Positions 51,464 to 62,596 of a stretch of DNA of 64,000 bases are shown here, one piece after another; the stretch's first letter is position 1; every line of letters starts with the position of its first letter. This stretch comes from Callorhinchus milii. Its lineage: Eukaryota. The position numbers were made by a program, and so were the translations under genes. The notes below the pieces were generated by a model. It was not told the DNA's origin, did not search any database, and saw only the letters and a list, made by a program, of their open reading frames with translations. Location of the stretch: the NCBI RefSeq assembly GCF_018977255.1, contig NW_024704807.1, positions 62,001 through 126,000 of the forward strand. Direction: 5' to 3'.

Positions 51464-51510
51464 TTTTTGTTACAATTACTTTGGTTCCTGATCCATCTTC
51501 GTTAAAGAGC
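51464..51510 (-). CDS. NAR-TCR J segment 3
   Basis: RSS on plus strand: CACAGTC (51511-51517)-23-GCAAAAACT. Encodes LFNEDGSGTKVIVTK, then a phase-1 donor GTGAGT. Confidence 0.92.
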
Positions 51511-51893
51511 CACAGTCACACAACTCTCATTCTGTGTGGCGCAAAAACTGTTCTGTCAGATCACAGTTTAACCCTGTCACTAATAACACCAAATACTGAC
51601 AAATTGGCCATTAATTCTTATTGATTCACCACTCATTCCTTCTTCGTACTATTCTTTTGTAAAGAACATGTTTATTTTCCACATTATTTCCTCCCAAATA
51701 TAGACAAAGTGTACGGCACAAAGAGCACCTCTCCCCAAATAAACAGAGAAATGTCCGTTTGAAATAAATAATTTTGAAAGCAAAGTGTCGACACATTCGG
51801 GAGCATTAAAGAGTATACGGTTGTCAGCGATCAAGTCTCATGTGTTTCCAAGAAAATAGTTGCATAATATTTGTGCTGATGGTTGCCAATGTG

Positions 51894-51909
51894 ATCGTCC
51901 CAATCCCAA
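51894..51909 (-). other. NAR-TCR D segment 3 (ttgggattgggacgat), 12/12 RSS
   Basis: Plus strand reads aatatttgt-12-caatgtg [D] cacagtg-12-ccaaaaacc (51866-51937). Confidence 0.88.
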
Positions 51910-52298
51910 CACAGTGTTTATTGTAAATCCAAAAACCAATGGTTTGAAATACTGTTGAAATGTGTCAGCCTTCACAAATGGTCAATCAATGACACAACAT
52001 TTAACAATCTTTTGAATATTGTGATAGTTGGACTTGATATGCCGCGTGTCTCGTGTAATAAATTATTAGTTATGTGAATCCTAGAAGATTTCCAATGTGC
52101 ATACATACCGACATTCTTTTCCGACGTATCCATAAGTAATAGTTGTTTCCTAAAAGAAGTGTTATTAAACATCATTGTGCATCAAACACAAATTATGAAT
52201 GTGCTTTGAATTTATTGCAAGTTCACAGTCTCTCTGTTTATCCTTTGAATTTTTCAAGGAGCTTCTTGTATTAGCTGAAGGCCAGATACAGCACTGTG

Positions 52299-53004
52299 GT
52301 ATCCCAGTACCGAGCTGTACATTTATAGTCAGCGCTGTCTTGAACTTGCAAAGCATTAATTTCCAGTGAAGACGACATCGATTCCTTGTCTGTCTTTACA
52401 ACAAAGCGTGCATCAAGAGGGATCCGCTTCCAGTCTCTTTCGTTTGAAAATTTTCTATAAAATTCAATTTTCCTGAAAGTTTCATAAGACGCAGCTTCGA
52501 AGACACAGTTGATGGTCAAAGACTCGCATTCGTGTCTCCTAATAGCGGATGGCGTCTGCTTTACTGAGGCACTGAAAACATCTGAAAATTATACACAACA
52601 TAACATTAGTTTAACAAGTCTTCAGCAAGGTCAACTGCTACGGAAATTTTATCCCTAGCCTTGGCTTGATTTTGATTGACACCAATTAATATAATATTAT
52701 CACGATATACAATACCATTATTGTGTGAATTGATGCGAATAATTTTAACACATAACATAGTTGTCATAATATTAATGATACCAATTCGCTGCTGAATTTC
52801 CCCACAAATAAAACTGTCATCTCACTTTACAGTGTATTCCCGCAAGCGATTGAAACGTCTCATCGAAGTGATGAGGGCTATATCAATGCAAGGATTATTG
52901 TTATATCGCACATTGTAATGATGACATTCAACATTGCTGTGTAATGGAAACAAACACTTACATTGTAAGAGGAGGAAGCAGATGGAGATATAGAGGAGAG
53001 ACAT
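52299..53004 (-). CDS. NAR-TCR V3: leader 52962-53004, V exon 52299-52581
   Basis: Leader MSLLYISICFLLLQ. Exon VFSASVKQTPSAIRRHECESLTINC..EFYRK..NALQVQDSADYKCTARYWD is open. RSS CACAGTG-22-ACAAGAAGC at 52261-52298. Confidence 0.92.
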
Positions 53005-55207
53005 CCTCTCACCGCTGGGAGATACTGTCAGCCCCGGACAACTCAGAGTGACTGTGAGTAACACAGGGCTGTTCTATAAGAGCGTTGGAGACTTGTTTTA
53101 TTTGTGATGAACAGCGTCACATCGTGGCTGGTGTTAGCGGCTTTGAGGGGTGGGCGGGGGTGGTTTGGGGTGGAGGGGAAGAACATACATGAGGAAAGGG
53201 ACTGACTAACTGTGCCCGAGAGCAATGGGCAGAGAGGGGGATTTGTGGATGACTGTTGAGTCTCATTTAGGTTTAAATGGACAATTGACGGGGAAGCCAA
53301 CGAGAGGGAGTATAACCTGACACTGTGAAGGGACAAAGGCTGTGATGTAGAGAGGACTTCACTGGGAATTGGGAAAGACACAGAAATAAACTACTTACAC
53401 ACCTTTGACTTGGAGTGAGTTCTATTGCAGTGACCAGCAGCAGGACGGGGAAGCCGGTCAAGGCAGCAGTGAGATAGTGAGATATGGGTGATGATGGGTA
53501 AGAAGGAGGAGGGAGAAATAGGGGTAAAGGAGTATGGGTTGGGTGTTATATATTTCGTGGGGATAGAAGGGGTGAAAAGGAGATGAAGGGCTGCGGGGGA
53601 CATGGAGGAGGAAGAGAAGGCAGCGAATATGATGATCACTTTTCAGCATATCATGTGAAGTGGTTTACAACGACTTAACGATATGGTAATCACTTTATGT
53701 AAATAATAATAATTATTCTCATTATTATTAATTCCTGACTTGTTTACATGATAATGTCTGTGATANNNNNNNNNNNNNNNNNNNNNNNNNNNNNNNNNNN
53801 NNNNNNNNNNNNNNNNNNNNNNNNNNNNNNNNNNNNNNNNNNNNNNNNNNNNNNNNNNNNNNNNNNNNNNNNNNNNNNNNNNNNNNNNNNNNNNNNNNNN
53901 TTTTCCTGCTGCCACACACATCACACACACACATACACAACACACAAACACAACACACACACACACCAGACAACACGCCTCTTTAGCGTTAAGCACAAAT
54001 CTGCTATTTTCGAATGTTGACCTCTTTCCAGTGGCAAAAATCTTACAATATATAACGATAATAATTTGATACTTAATCCATGACTGTGTATAGGAAGCGC
54101 CTCTGTTTGTCCTTTTCGCCTGAAAAACAGTCACTACCCTTTACAATGTATTCTGTAAAGGTTTTGGGGTCTCGTTGACATGATGAGGCGCTGTGTAAAA
54201 TGCAAGGAATTTATTTTTACTAAGCCTTTTCAAAGTTATTGGACTTCAGCACTGAGGATTTAGGGGTTGTGAGTGGGGAGTTGATCACGAGTGGAATAAG
54301 GTTTGTGATTATTTTTTGACTTGAACCATGGACTGGGAGGTCAAATAAGTTTGGGACTGTTTGTGAGGGAGAGTAAATATACTTGATCATGTTGGAGCCC
54401 GTTTTATTCTTATAACCATATTAATCCTTGCATTTGATACTCAACATTTTCACGTCCCAAAGCGATTCACAAAATATATTGAAGAGTGGATCTATTTCAT
54501 GTTGAGGTGGTAAAACGAATCAGCCAATTGTGCTCATCAGTGGCCCACAAACAGTCGTAGATTGAGTGACCGAATTAATATTTTACTTATGTAATTATTG
54601 ACATGTTTTAAAACAAACATGTATATGTTTTATTTTTAAGGGAATATTGCCCTCGGTAAGTTGTCTTCCAAACGAATAACATGTGTGTTCCTATTTATTG
54701 TTAAATATACAAAGGCGAGTGTGGCTTAAGGAAAGTTGCCTGAGGTTTCTCCCAACACGAGAATCGGACTCAGATCATCTCACTTGCGAAACGTGTTTTT
54801 TGACCACTAAGTTAAAAGACTCCATATTATTGCACGAATGAGGTATCTTCCTGATGTGAAAGCTACTTTTTAAAGTCTGTTTTATTGGGTTGTTACATGG
54901 CGACATCTACCAGCATTTCAGTAATAAGTCGGTGTATAATCGTGGTTTGAGTGACCAAATTATTATTATTTTTTAAAGAGCTGATTACGCACAGAAAAGC
55001 AATCCGATAATCGACTAACAATCGTGATCCTATTTACTGCTAAACAAACTGAGGTGTGTGGAGTAAGGAAAGTTGCCCTATATTTTGCACGGCTGGGAAT
55101 CAAACACAAGTGACTCTCTTGCGAGGCGAGTGCTGCAACCACTGAGCTACAAGGCTCCACTTTGGTGAGGTTTCTGTACAGAGAAATCATTGCCTTACAG
55201 CACTGTG

Positions 55208-56114
55208 CTTGTTGTTAAGCCGCAATAATATGTGGCAGCGTCAGTGACAATGACACTGGATATGCTTAATGTGGTTTTTCTCTGATTCGTGTCAAGCTGT
55301 GAAGTGAAACGGCCTTTGGCGAAATCTGCTGTGTTGTCATTTCCATCAGTATCCCTGTAGAGAATGTATTGGGGAGCCAGACCTGGGTGATGTCTGTACC
55401 AGTACAGAGCAGCATAGGACGAGCTGGTGGTATATGAGCAGCTCAGACTCACTGTGTCTCCCTCTTGTTTGCTCAGCCCCGCTGTCTGCTCTCTGACTGA
55501 ATCTCCCAGCACCACATCTGCAACGAGAGGAAAGGATCAATATCAAACATAGAGCTATTGCAGTCCTGCAGATCAATGATTAGTGCACTCGCCTCGCAAG
55601 GGAGAGCACAAGGGTTCAATTCCCGGGCAGGACAGGGAGAAATCTGAGGCAAGTTTCCTTAGTACACATAAACGCCTCTGTTTACCAAGCAATAAGTAGG
55701 AACCCAGTTGTTGGAAGATTGGCGGAAGCTTTTCCTCGGATAATAATGGATAAAAAATAAACGTGGTCACTCAATCCACCACTTTTTGTGGAAGTGTGAT
55801 GTGCACAAATGAGTGCCGCGTTTCCCTCACAACATATGCGGTCAGTTGACTTGTCCATGAATACTGAGACGCGCTTTGTGACGCCTTTATATGAAGGCGT
55901 TTTATCAAACATAAATTTACTATTACCAGCTTTCCATTGCTAACATCTCAACTAACAAACCCAGCTCGGTTGACCAACCAGGTCTGCCAAACGCAATGAC
56001 CCATCATCCTACTGATGAAAACGCCTCTATATCAATATTAATCTGCACGGTATGTTTCACAGCCTCACCTGACATAAAGCTCAATATGAGAATGTATTCG
56101 ATGAACAGCCACAT
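55208..56114 (-). CDS. TCR alpha/delta V (family E), apparently functional (leader 56069-56114, exon 55208-55517)
   Basis: Leader MWLFIEYILILSFMS + GTGAGG. Exon DSVREQ..LSC..LYWYRH..ADFAKGRF..DAATYYCGLTT. RSS CACAGTG-23-ACAGAAACC. Confidence 0.93.
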
Positions 56115-57340
56115 TGTCGCTCTTGAGAAAGAAGACTTTGCCATCAGAGTTTGATGATTGAATGTGTGTGTCGACGGTGAAGGGTTTCAACATCACATCC
56201 GTGACCCCACAGCAGCGTTTCCTTGACACACTTACCCCGTGACATTGTCACGCCGCTAAATATGGGCGTTGGGCTACACTCATTTACATGCTCAATGATT
56301 TCAGAGCCACCACAAGATGATGTCAAAGCTACTGTGGATAAAAGTTTTGTGAGAAGGATCACCTAATCCTTGCATTTGATAAAGCGCCTTTGGACATCAA
56401 TTACAACATAAACAGCAATAAGTAACGTCTTTCAGGTTGTTCGGACGTCCTTAGTCGCTGGACAGTGAGGGCGTTTGTACTCGGGATTAGAAGGGGAGAG
56501 AGGATGGTGGGTGGAGGAGGGATGATCACTGAAGACTCGGTTGAGAAGTATGGTCTTCAGACAGGCACTGAATGAGGCAAGGGAACACAAGCGTTTGAGA
56601 AGATGTTGTAGATCCTCTTCCAACTTTAGATGCTAACAGGGTCTCTGCCACCGAACTTCAGCGACCTCCACAAACACTACATTTAATACGGTATCAATAC
56701 TATAGCTTCCAGGACTCTCACATGGATCAGGCAGAATATCGCTGATCGTTTCGATTCGTTCCTTAGGATATTTGACGCTCATTTGAACAGTGATGGATTG
56801 AGAGACCAACACTATTTTTGAAGGATTTATTATTCCCGCGGAAAAGCGATTCGCCGATCAATTTACACCCGGGTTCTTTATCGCTGCGAGATAAACAGCG
56901 GTCTGTTTGTGGAGTAAGGAAACTTGTCTAAGAATTCACGAGGCACGGAATTGAACCAGGGTCCTCTCAGTGGTCAGACGAGTGTTGTTCCCACTCCGCC
57001 ACACAGCTCCGTGCAAATTAACAAAAAACAAAATAAACATGATTTGGTTTGATTTTATTTAGAACCTGAAGTCAACCAACAGCAACTGGGCCTGTAACGC
57101 CTACGTCGTTCACTAATTGTTTTCTGCATTTAACGTGACAGATAATGATGTGAACGGTTAGCTGACACGTTGATGAGAGGTGAATGTGGTTTCCGCTGAG
57201 TCTGGATACAGCCATGTTTGCTCCCCTGAGGGCCACAAGGACTGACCAATGTTCCGCACATACCTCAACAGACATAACATCTCTGTGTACAAAGTAAACT
57301 CAGTTTTTGTACGAGACCTGCGGTGCTGTCTATCATTGTG

Positions 57341-58297
57341 GTGAGACTAAAGGCACAGTAATACACAGCGCTATCAGACACCACCAGCCCAGAGAAAAAC
57401 AAACTGGTTGATGAACTGAATTTTTGTAGCTGAGCAGAGACTCGATTTCCAAATCCTGTTGCTTTGACTGGATTTTCATTGCTGGAATGCATCTCAACTA
57501 TAAACTCTGGCTGCTTATCTGTGGATTGTCTGTACCAATAGAGATAGTAAAAGCTTTCAGTCGTGGAATAGGTGCATCGTAAAATCACATGGTCTCCTTC
57601 TTTCTTAACCATTGTGGCAGCTTTCTGAGTGACTGAGTCGGCATTACAACCTTCTGTAATAAACGTGGAAGAGGAAGAAAATTTAAATAAAAATTTTGCC
57701 TGAAGGGAAAGGCTTTATACACATATTCTTTGTTAATAACGACAACAAAATAAACAATGTATTTTATATAGCGTATTACACCGTTCAACCGTCTGAATGC
57801 GTTACAAAAAGCACACCATCAAGTGAATTGCTGTGCATTTTTCCCGGCCAAATTCGGTAGCCAATTTTGCTTAGCACTGTCTCCCAAAAAATCATGGAAC
57901 GATTCAAAAAATTTACATTTTTTAAAGAGTGATGGATTACATTCGATGGAAAAGAGATCCGCCAATTCACTGAAAACGTTTGAAATTGTTATTATATTGA
58001 AGGGGGATAACACTTGGATTATAAAGCAAAGGGTTTCCTGCATATTGCTAGGTAAACAGAGGCGTGAGTGTGATGGTGGACTAAATAAATTTGACGAAGG
58101 GTTCCCTCTACCTGGGAATCGAACCCAGGTCCTCTCGCTTGGGACGCGAGTCCTCCATCAGCTGATCTACAGAATTCCCTCCACCAGTTGTTGTTGTAAT
58201 GAAGCTGACCATCAGCACCAACACTGCTCAATTAGCTCAACACGACCTCACCTGACATAAAGGTTCCCAGCACAAGACAGACAGCAAACAGCCTCAT
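57341..58297 (-). CDS. TCR alpha/delta V, family B copy 6, apparently functional (leader 58252-58297, exon 57341-57653)
   Basis: Leader MRLFAVCLVLGTFMS. Exon DSVTQK..LRC..YWYRQ..DSAVYYCAFSLT. RSS CACAATG-23-ACAAAAACT. Confidence 0.92.
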
Positions 58298-58356
58298 TGC
58301 TGCTCCTCAGTCTGTGTGGTTGTGTCTGTGCCATCACTTTGCTGATAACCCGCAGT

Positions 58357-58402
58357 GATTGGCGTCATTGGCGGAGCCAAAGTCTCACGTCACCTCATTG
58401 GC
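58357..58402 (-). promoter_or_regulatory. Putative family-B V promoter (CCAAT-CRE-CCAAT)
   Basis: attggcgtcattggcgg..tcacgtca (58385-58392)..cattggc. Confidence 0.6.
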
Positions 58403-59109
58403 ACCTCAGCCGCGTCTCAATACAACAACCAATTGCTTTTGTACAGCGATTTTCACCAGTCACTGGTGACAAAGATTCCTCTCACTCAGCTTCTTGTAGT
58501 CGTGCAAGGCATAGCATTAACGGGAAGGATGATCATAATAAAAATATAATGATTAATCTTCTGTTTGCTATAGCAACTTATAAAACTATGCAAACGCCTC
58601 AAAACTCCTCATAGAATACACAATACTGTGTAGTGACTGTATGTTCTGTGCGCGAAACTCGGCAGCCAGTTGCACACAAAAAGTGGATCATAAAGATTCG
58701 TGGATTGAGTGACCAAATTATGTATCATTATTATTGTTATTATTTTGAAGGAATTGCTATCGGCGGAAAAGCAATCCGTCAATCAGGTTCTAACATACTA
58801 CAAGCTAAACACAGGTATGTACAATAAGGAAACTTGCAAAAATTTCGCCCTAACGATAATCGAAACCAGGTCTCTCGCTTTCGAGGCCTGTGCTCTAACC
58901 ACGGTTACTGCATGATCAGTTGAGATCATGGGATCATTGAGTTGTTTGCGTGACAGTCGGATGAACTGTGTATTTGATGTTCTCTTTGTGTCTTTGTCTC
59001 GTTTCCCTTCCCACAGGAAATCGCTGCTGCGGCCTAAAGAGACAGGAGCACAAACCCACTAAACGCCGTCAGTTTTTGTACGATTCTCTGACTGGTTCCG
59101 ATCACTGTG

Positions 59110-60134
59110 TTGTTCAAGAGCACAGTAATACACAGCGCTGTCAGACAGCTCCAACAGGGAGGTGGTTAAACTGGTGAATTTTGTCGAGGTTTGGAGCTCA
59201 ATAGAGAACCGCTTTTTAGCAAAGTCTGCTTTATCTGTATGACCACCCGAATACTTTTGAAGGACATAATGTGGTTGTGTTTCTTTTTGTTCTCGATACC
59301 AATTTAAATAGTAGTTGCTCAGAGACGTATCATAATGACATTCCATGGTCACACTTCCTCCTTCTTTCCCAATCACTGAAGCCACCTTCTGTGTCACAGA
59401 GTCTCCCTGGGTCAGGCCTGAAAGACAAGAGCGTGGAGTCCTGTAGCTCAGTGGTTAGAGCGCTCGCCTCGCAAGAGATACGACACGGGTTCGATTGCCG
59501 GACAGGACAGGGCACAATCTTAGGCAACAACAACAACAACAAGATTCCATTTATAAAGCGCCTTTCACGTCGGGAGGACGTCCCAAGCCGCTGCACATTT
59601 GAGTCAGGACCCGAGCAAGGGGGAAATGGTCAGGGTGAGGGGAGGGAAGGGAGTTATCGAGGAGGGGGTAGAGAGTCGAGAACGGAGTTGAAGGCACGGT
59701 CAAAGAGAAAGTTGCCTTATCGCACACACTTCTAGTTACCCAACGCTAAGTAGACATCTGTTGGTTAGACAATTAGCTGATCACCATCCGGTGATAATAT
59801 TCTCTTCAAAAAAAAATAAAGACATTGTGAATCGTTGATTATTTGGGGGACACTACTGTGTGCAATTGGCTACCGAGTCTCTCCCACGAAATACACAGTC
59901 ACTGCACTTTACAGTATATTCTGTGAAGCGCCGTTAGACTTCTCGAAAACATGTTGAAACGCTATATAAAACTCCATTACAAATATAATTGTGATTAATA
60001 GTATGAGAAGGACAGAGAAACAGATTTAGTTAAATGGATTTAAAATTTGATTGAAAGATTTACGTTTGTTACCCTAAATTACCTAATAACATGGCAGCGA
60101 GAGCCAGATACACACCAGCTCTCTCCATCCCCAT
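59110..60134 (-). CDS. TCR alpha/delta V, family C copy 2, apparently functional (leader 60083-60134, exon 59110-59417)
   Basis: Leader MGMERAGVYLALAAMLL + GTAATT. Exon GDSVTQK..MEC..LNWYRE..ADFAKKRF..DSAVYYCALEQ. RSS CACAGTG-23-ACAAAAACT. Confidence 0.93.
59525..59710 (-). mobile_element. Short L2 3' fragment nested in a SINE within the V-C2 intron
   Basis: Matches 32571-32820, including the (GTT)n tail. Absent from the paralogous V-C1 intron at about 25400. Confidence 0.88.
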
Positions 60135-61898
60135 TACTCTCTCCACCGCTGAGCTCTTGTGTGGATAAGATATTTGTGTTGATCGGAGGTGTACGGCTTT
60201 TTGTCAGGTGATACTTGTTTGCTATCACCTCACTTCCGAATCAAGTGACATGAGCATTCTCTGCTCAAGGTTGGAGGGAAGTTAAAGTTCACAGTTTATT
60301 TTCTGGTGGGAGGGGCGAGCGAATTTCCTACGAGCCAATTCGATTTGGTGACAGGCTTGACACTGAAATGAAGACCAGATTTGTTGGTTTCCACGATATC
60401 ACAGAGGCAGGATTGGGAATAACCAAATAGGAACTCAAAGGTGAAGGTGATGATCTTGAATTCGATCTGAGGCGATTGAATGGGAGCCAGTAGGTTGGGA
60501 TAGGTTCAGATCAAAAATTTGCGTAATCGTGTGTGAAAATAACAGAACATACAGATTTTTGGATAGTCTGCAATTTGCGAATGGAAGGGGCAGGTTATAG
60601 AGTGAGCAGACAGTTGGTGTAATCTTGCCTGGACATGATCAACGCAAGAATTTAGATGTATAATCATGGAACCATGCAGCCAAGCCTGAATGAATAAATG
60701 ATTGCTTTCCATCATCAAGTCTGAGGTGACAAACTCTCTCTGTTAGTTGAGCATTCTCTTATCTGTCAGAATATTTTTGGTTGAGAATCCAAGTCGACAA
60801 TTTGCCATCTCTCATTTTATGAACACTTGTGGGGAAATTAATATGCGCAAATTGCCTATTGTATGATTTATTTTACAGCAGCTGACAGCATCCTCGTTTC
60901 TCCCACCTCAAACATGAAATGCACTATAATAGAGACAAGGAGTACTTTTATTATTGCTGTCAATTCCGGTATGAAATTGAGTCAAAAGCCAGGGAATGTA
61001 TACCTAAGGTAGATACCCAATTCCTAAATTAAATTAAATTGAACAAGGTCAGTTTAAATTTCCTACCGAAACTAACCAAGGCAAACGACAATAGTGTCCT
61101 TAACAAAGTCTAACCGGTTGATTACCGCAGTGATGTCCACTTAAGAGCGGCTGCTTATTTGAGAGAGCGACAACTAAAATTGAAAAGCTCAAACAGAAAT
61201 TGATTCTTGAGCAAACTAAGCCTTGTGTTAATGCTTTAGGGCAACATTTTTACATTTAAGCTGAAGCAGCAATAGTTTGTGTCAGAGAACCAACACCAAC
61301 TGTAACAGGAAGCACCTGTTATTGTTGCCAAGGAGGTTAGTTCCAGATAGGAAACTGTCACGTTTTGTAAGTACAACTCATGTTATATGTGTGTATAGTG
61401 CACCATCTGCTGATGGATTGTGGCTGCAGCAAGTGTACAATTGGAGTCATTTGACAGCAAATTGTGAAATAATACAAATAGTTCTTATTTATGTTTTCCT
61501 ACTGATTAAAAAAAACAGAGGCTAACAAGTGCATAGGCAGGTCCGCCCAGAAAGTAAGACACTTGAAGTTATTTCTGTGCCAATAATCTGATCATATTTC
61601 ATAATAATCCTCGCATTTGATATAGTGCCAAATCGCATCTTCGAGACGCGCTTCAGATAATGTACTGTAATCGAATTATCTGCATATTGTGTGGGCAGCA
61701 GCCACTTGCACACATCAGTGTCCCATTGGATTAAGTGACCACTATATTATTAATATTATTATCTTAAGGAATTATTAGACCGGAACGTGATCCGCTAATC
61801 GACTAAGAACAGGTTTACTACTTTTACTGCCAGGAATCAAACCCAGGGGCTCTTTTTTGCGAGGTGAGTGCTATAACTGCTGAGCTACAGGAATCCAC

Positions 61899-62596
61899 AT
61901 GGCAGTCTGCATGTTTATTGATCTTGTTGTTGATGGATGTGCTCAGGGTACACTCTGGAGCTTTGTTGGGATAGTGAGGGTACCAGCACACACCGGGATT
62001 GCTGGAGCTTGTAATTGTATAATTACACTGCAGATAAACATCCTCCCCTTCATTCACTGTTACAGCAGATAGGAAATGTGTCACTGCGTCTCCTGCACAA
62101 TGTCCTGCAAACGAGATACAAAACAGCGTTCAGTCCAATAACAATAATAATGATGATAACGCTTACAATTTATATACAGACTGATCACATCTTTGAGGTG
62201 TCCATGTGCTTCATGTAATACGCATGAAATGTATTTTCTGGGCAAAGCACTGCAGCCAATTCGCACAGAATTAACCCATAGAAGTCCAGGTTAACGTGCC
62301 CATATTATCACAGGAAAAATGTTGGTAACCAAAGATTGGCGTGTGTGTGGAGTAAGGAAACTTGCCTAAGTATTTGACCTGTGCCGCCCGGGAATCGAAC
62401 ACAGCTCCTCTCGCTTGTGAGACAAAAACTGAACTACAGTACTCCAGGTCCACAAATATCCGACAGCGTATTAGTTGCTTTGTGCAATAAAACTTAGGCA
62501 TTGGATTTTATTTGCAAGAACCAGACTGATGAAGCGAGCTGATCGCTTACCTGACAATATAATGATGGCTGCTGCCACATAGATATACAATGTCAT
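61899..62596 (-). pseudogene. TCR alpha/delta V pseudogene (family F), 3' half lost at a SINE (leader 62551-62596, exon fragment 61899-62104)
   Basis: Leader MTLYIYVAAAIIILS + GTAAGC. Exon GHCAGDAVTH..YLQCNY..CWYPHYPNKAPE runs into an antisense SINE head. No second Cys or RSS. Confidence 0.82.
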
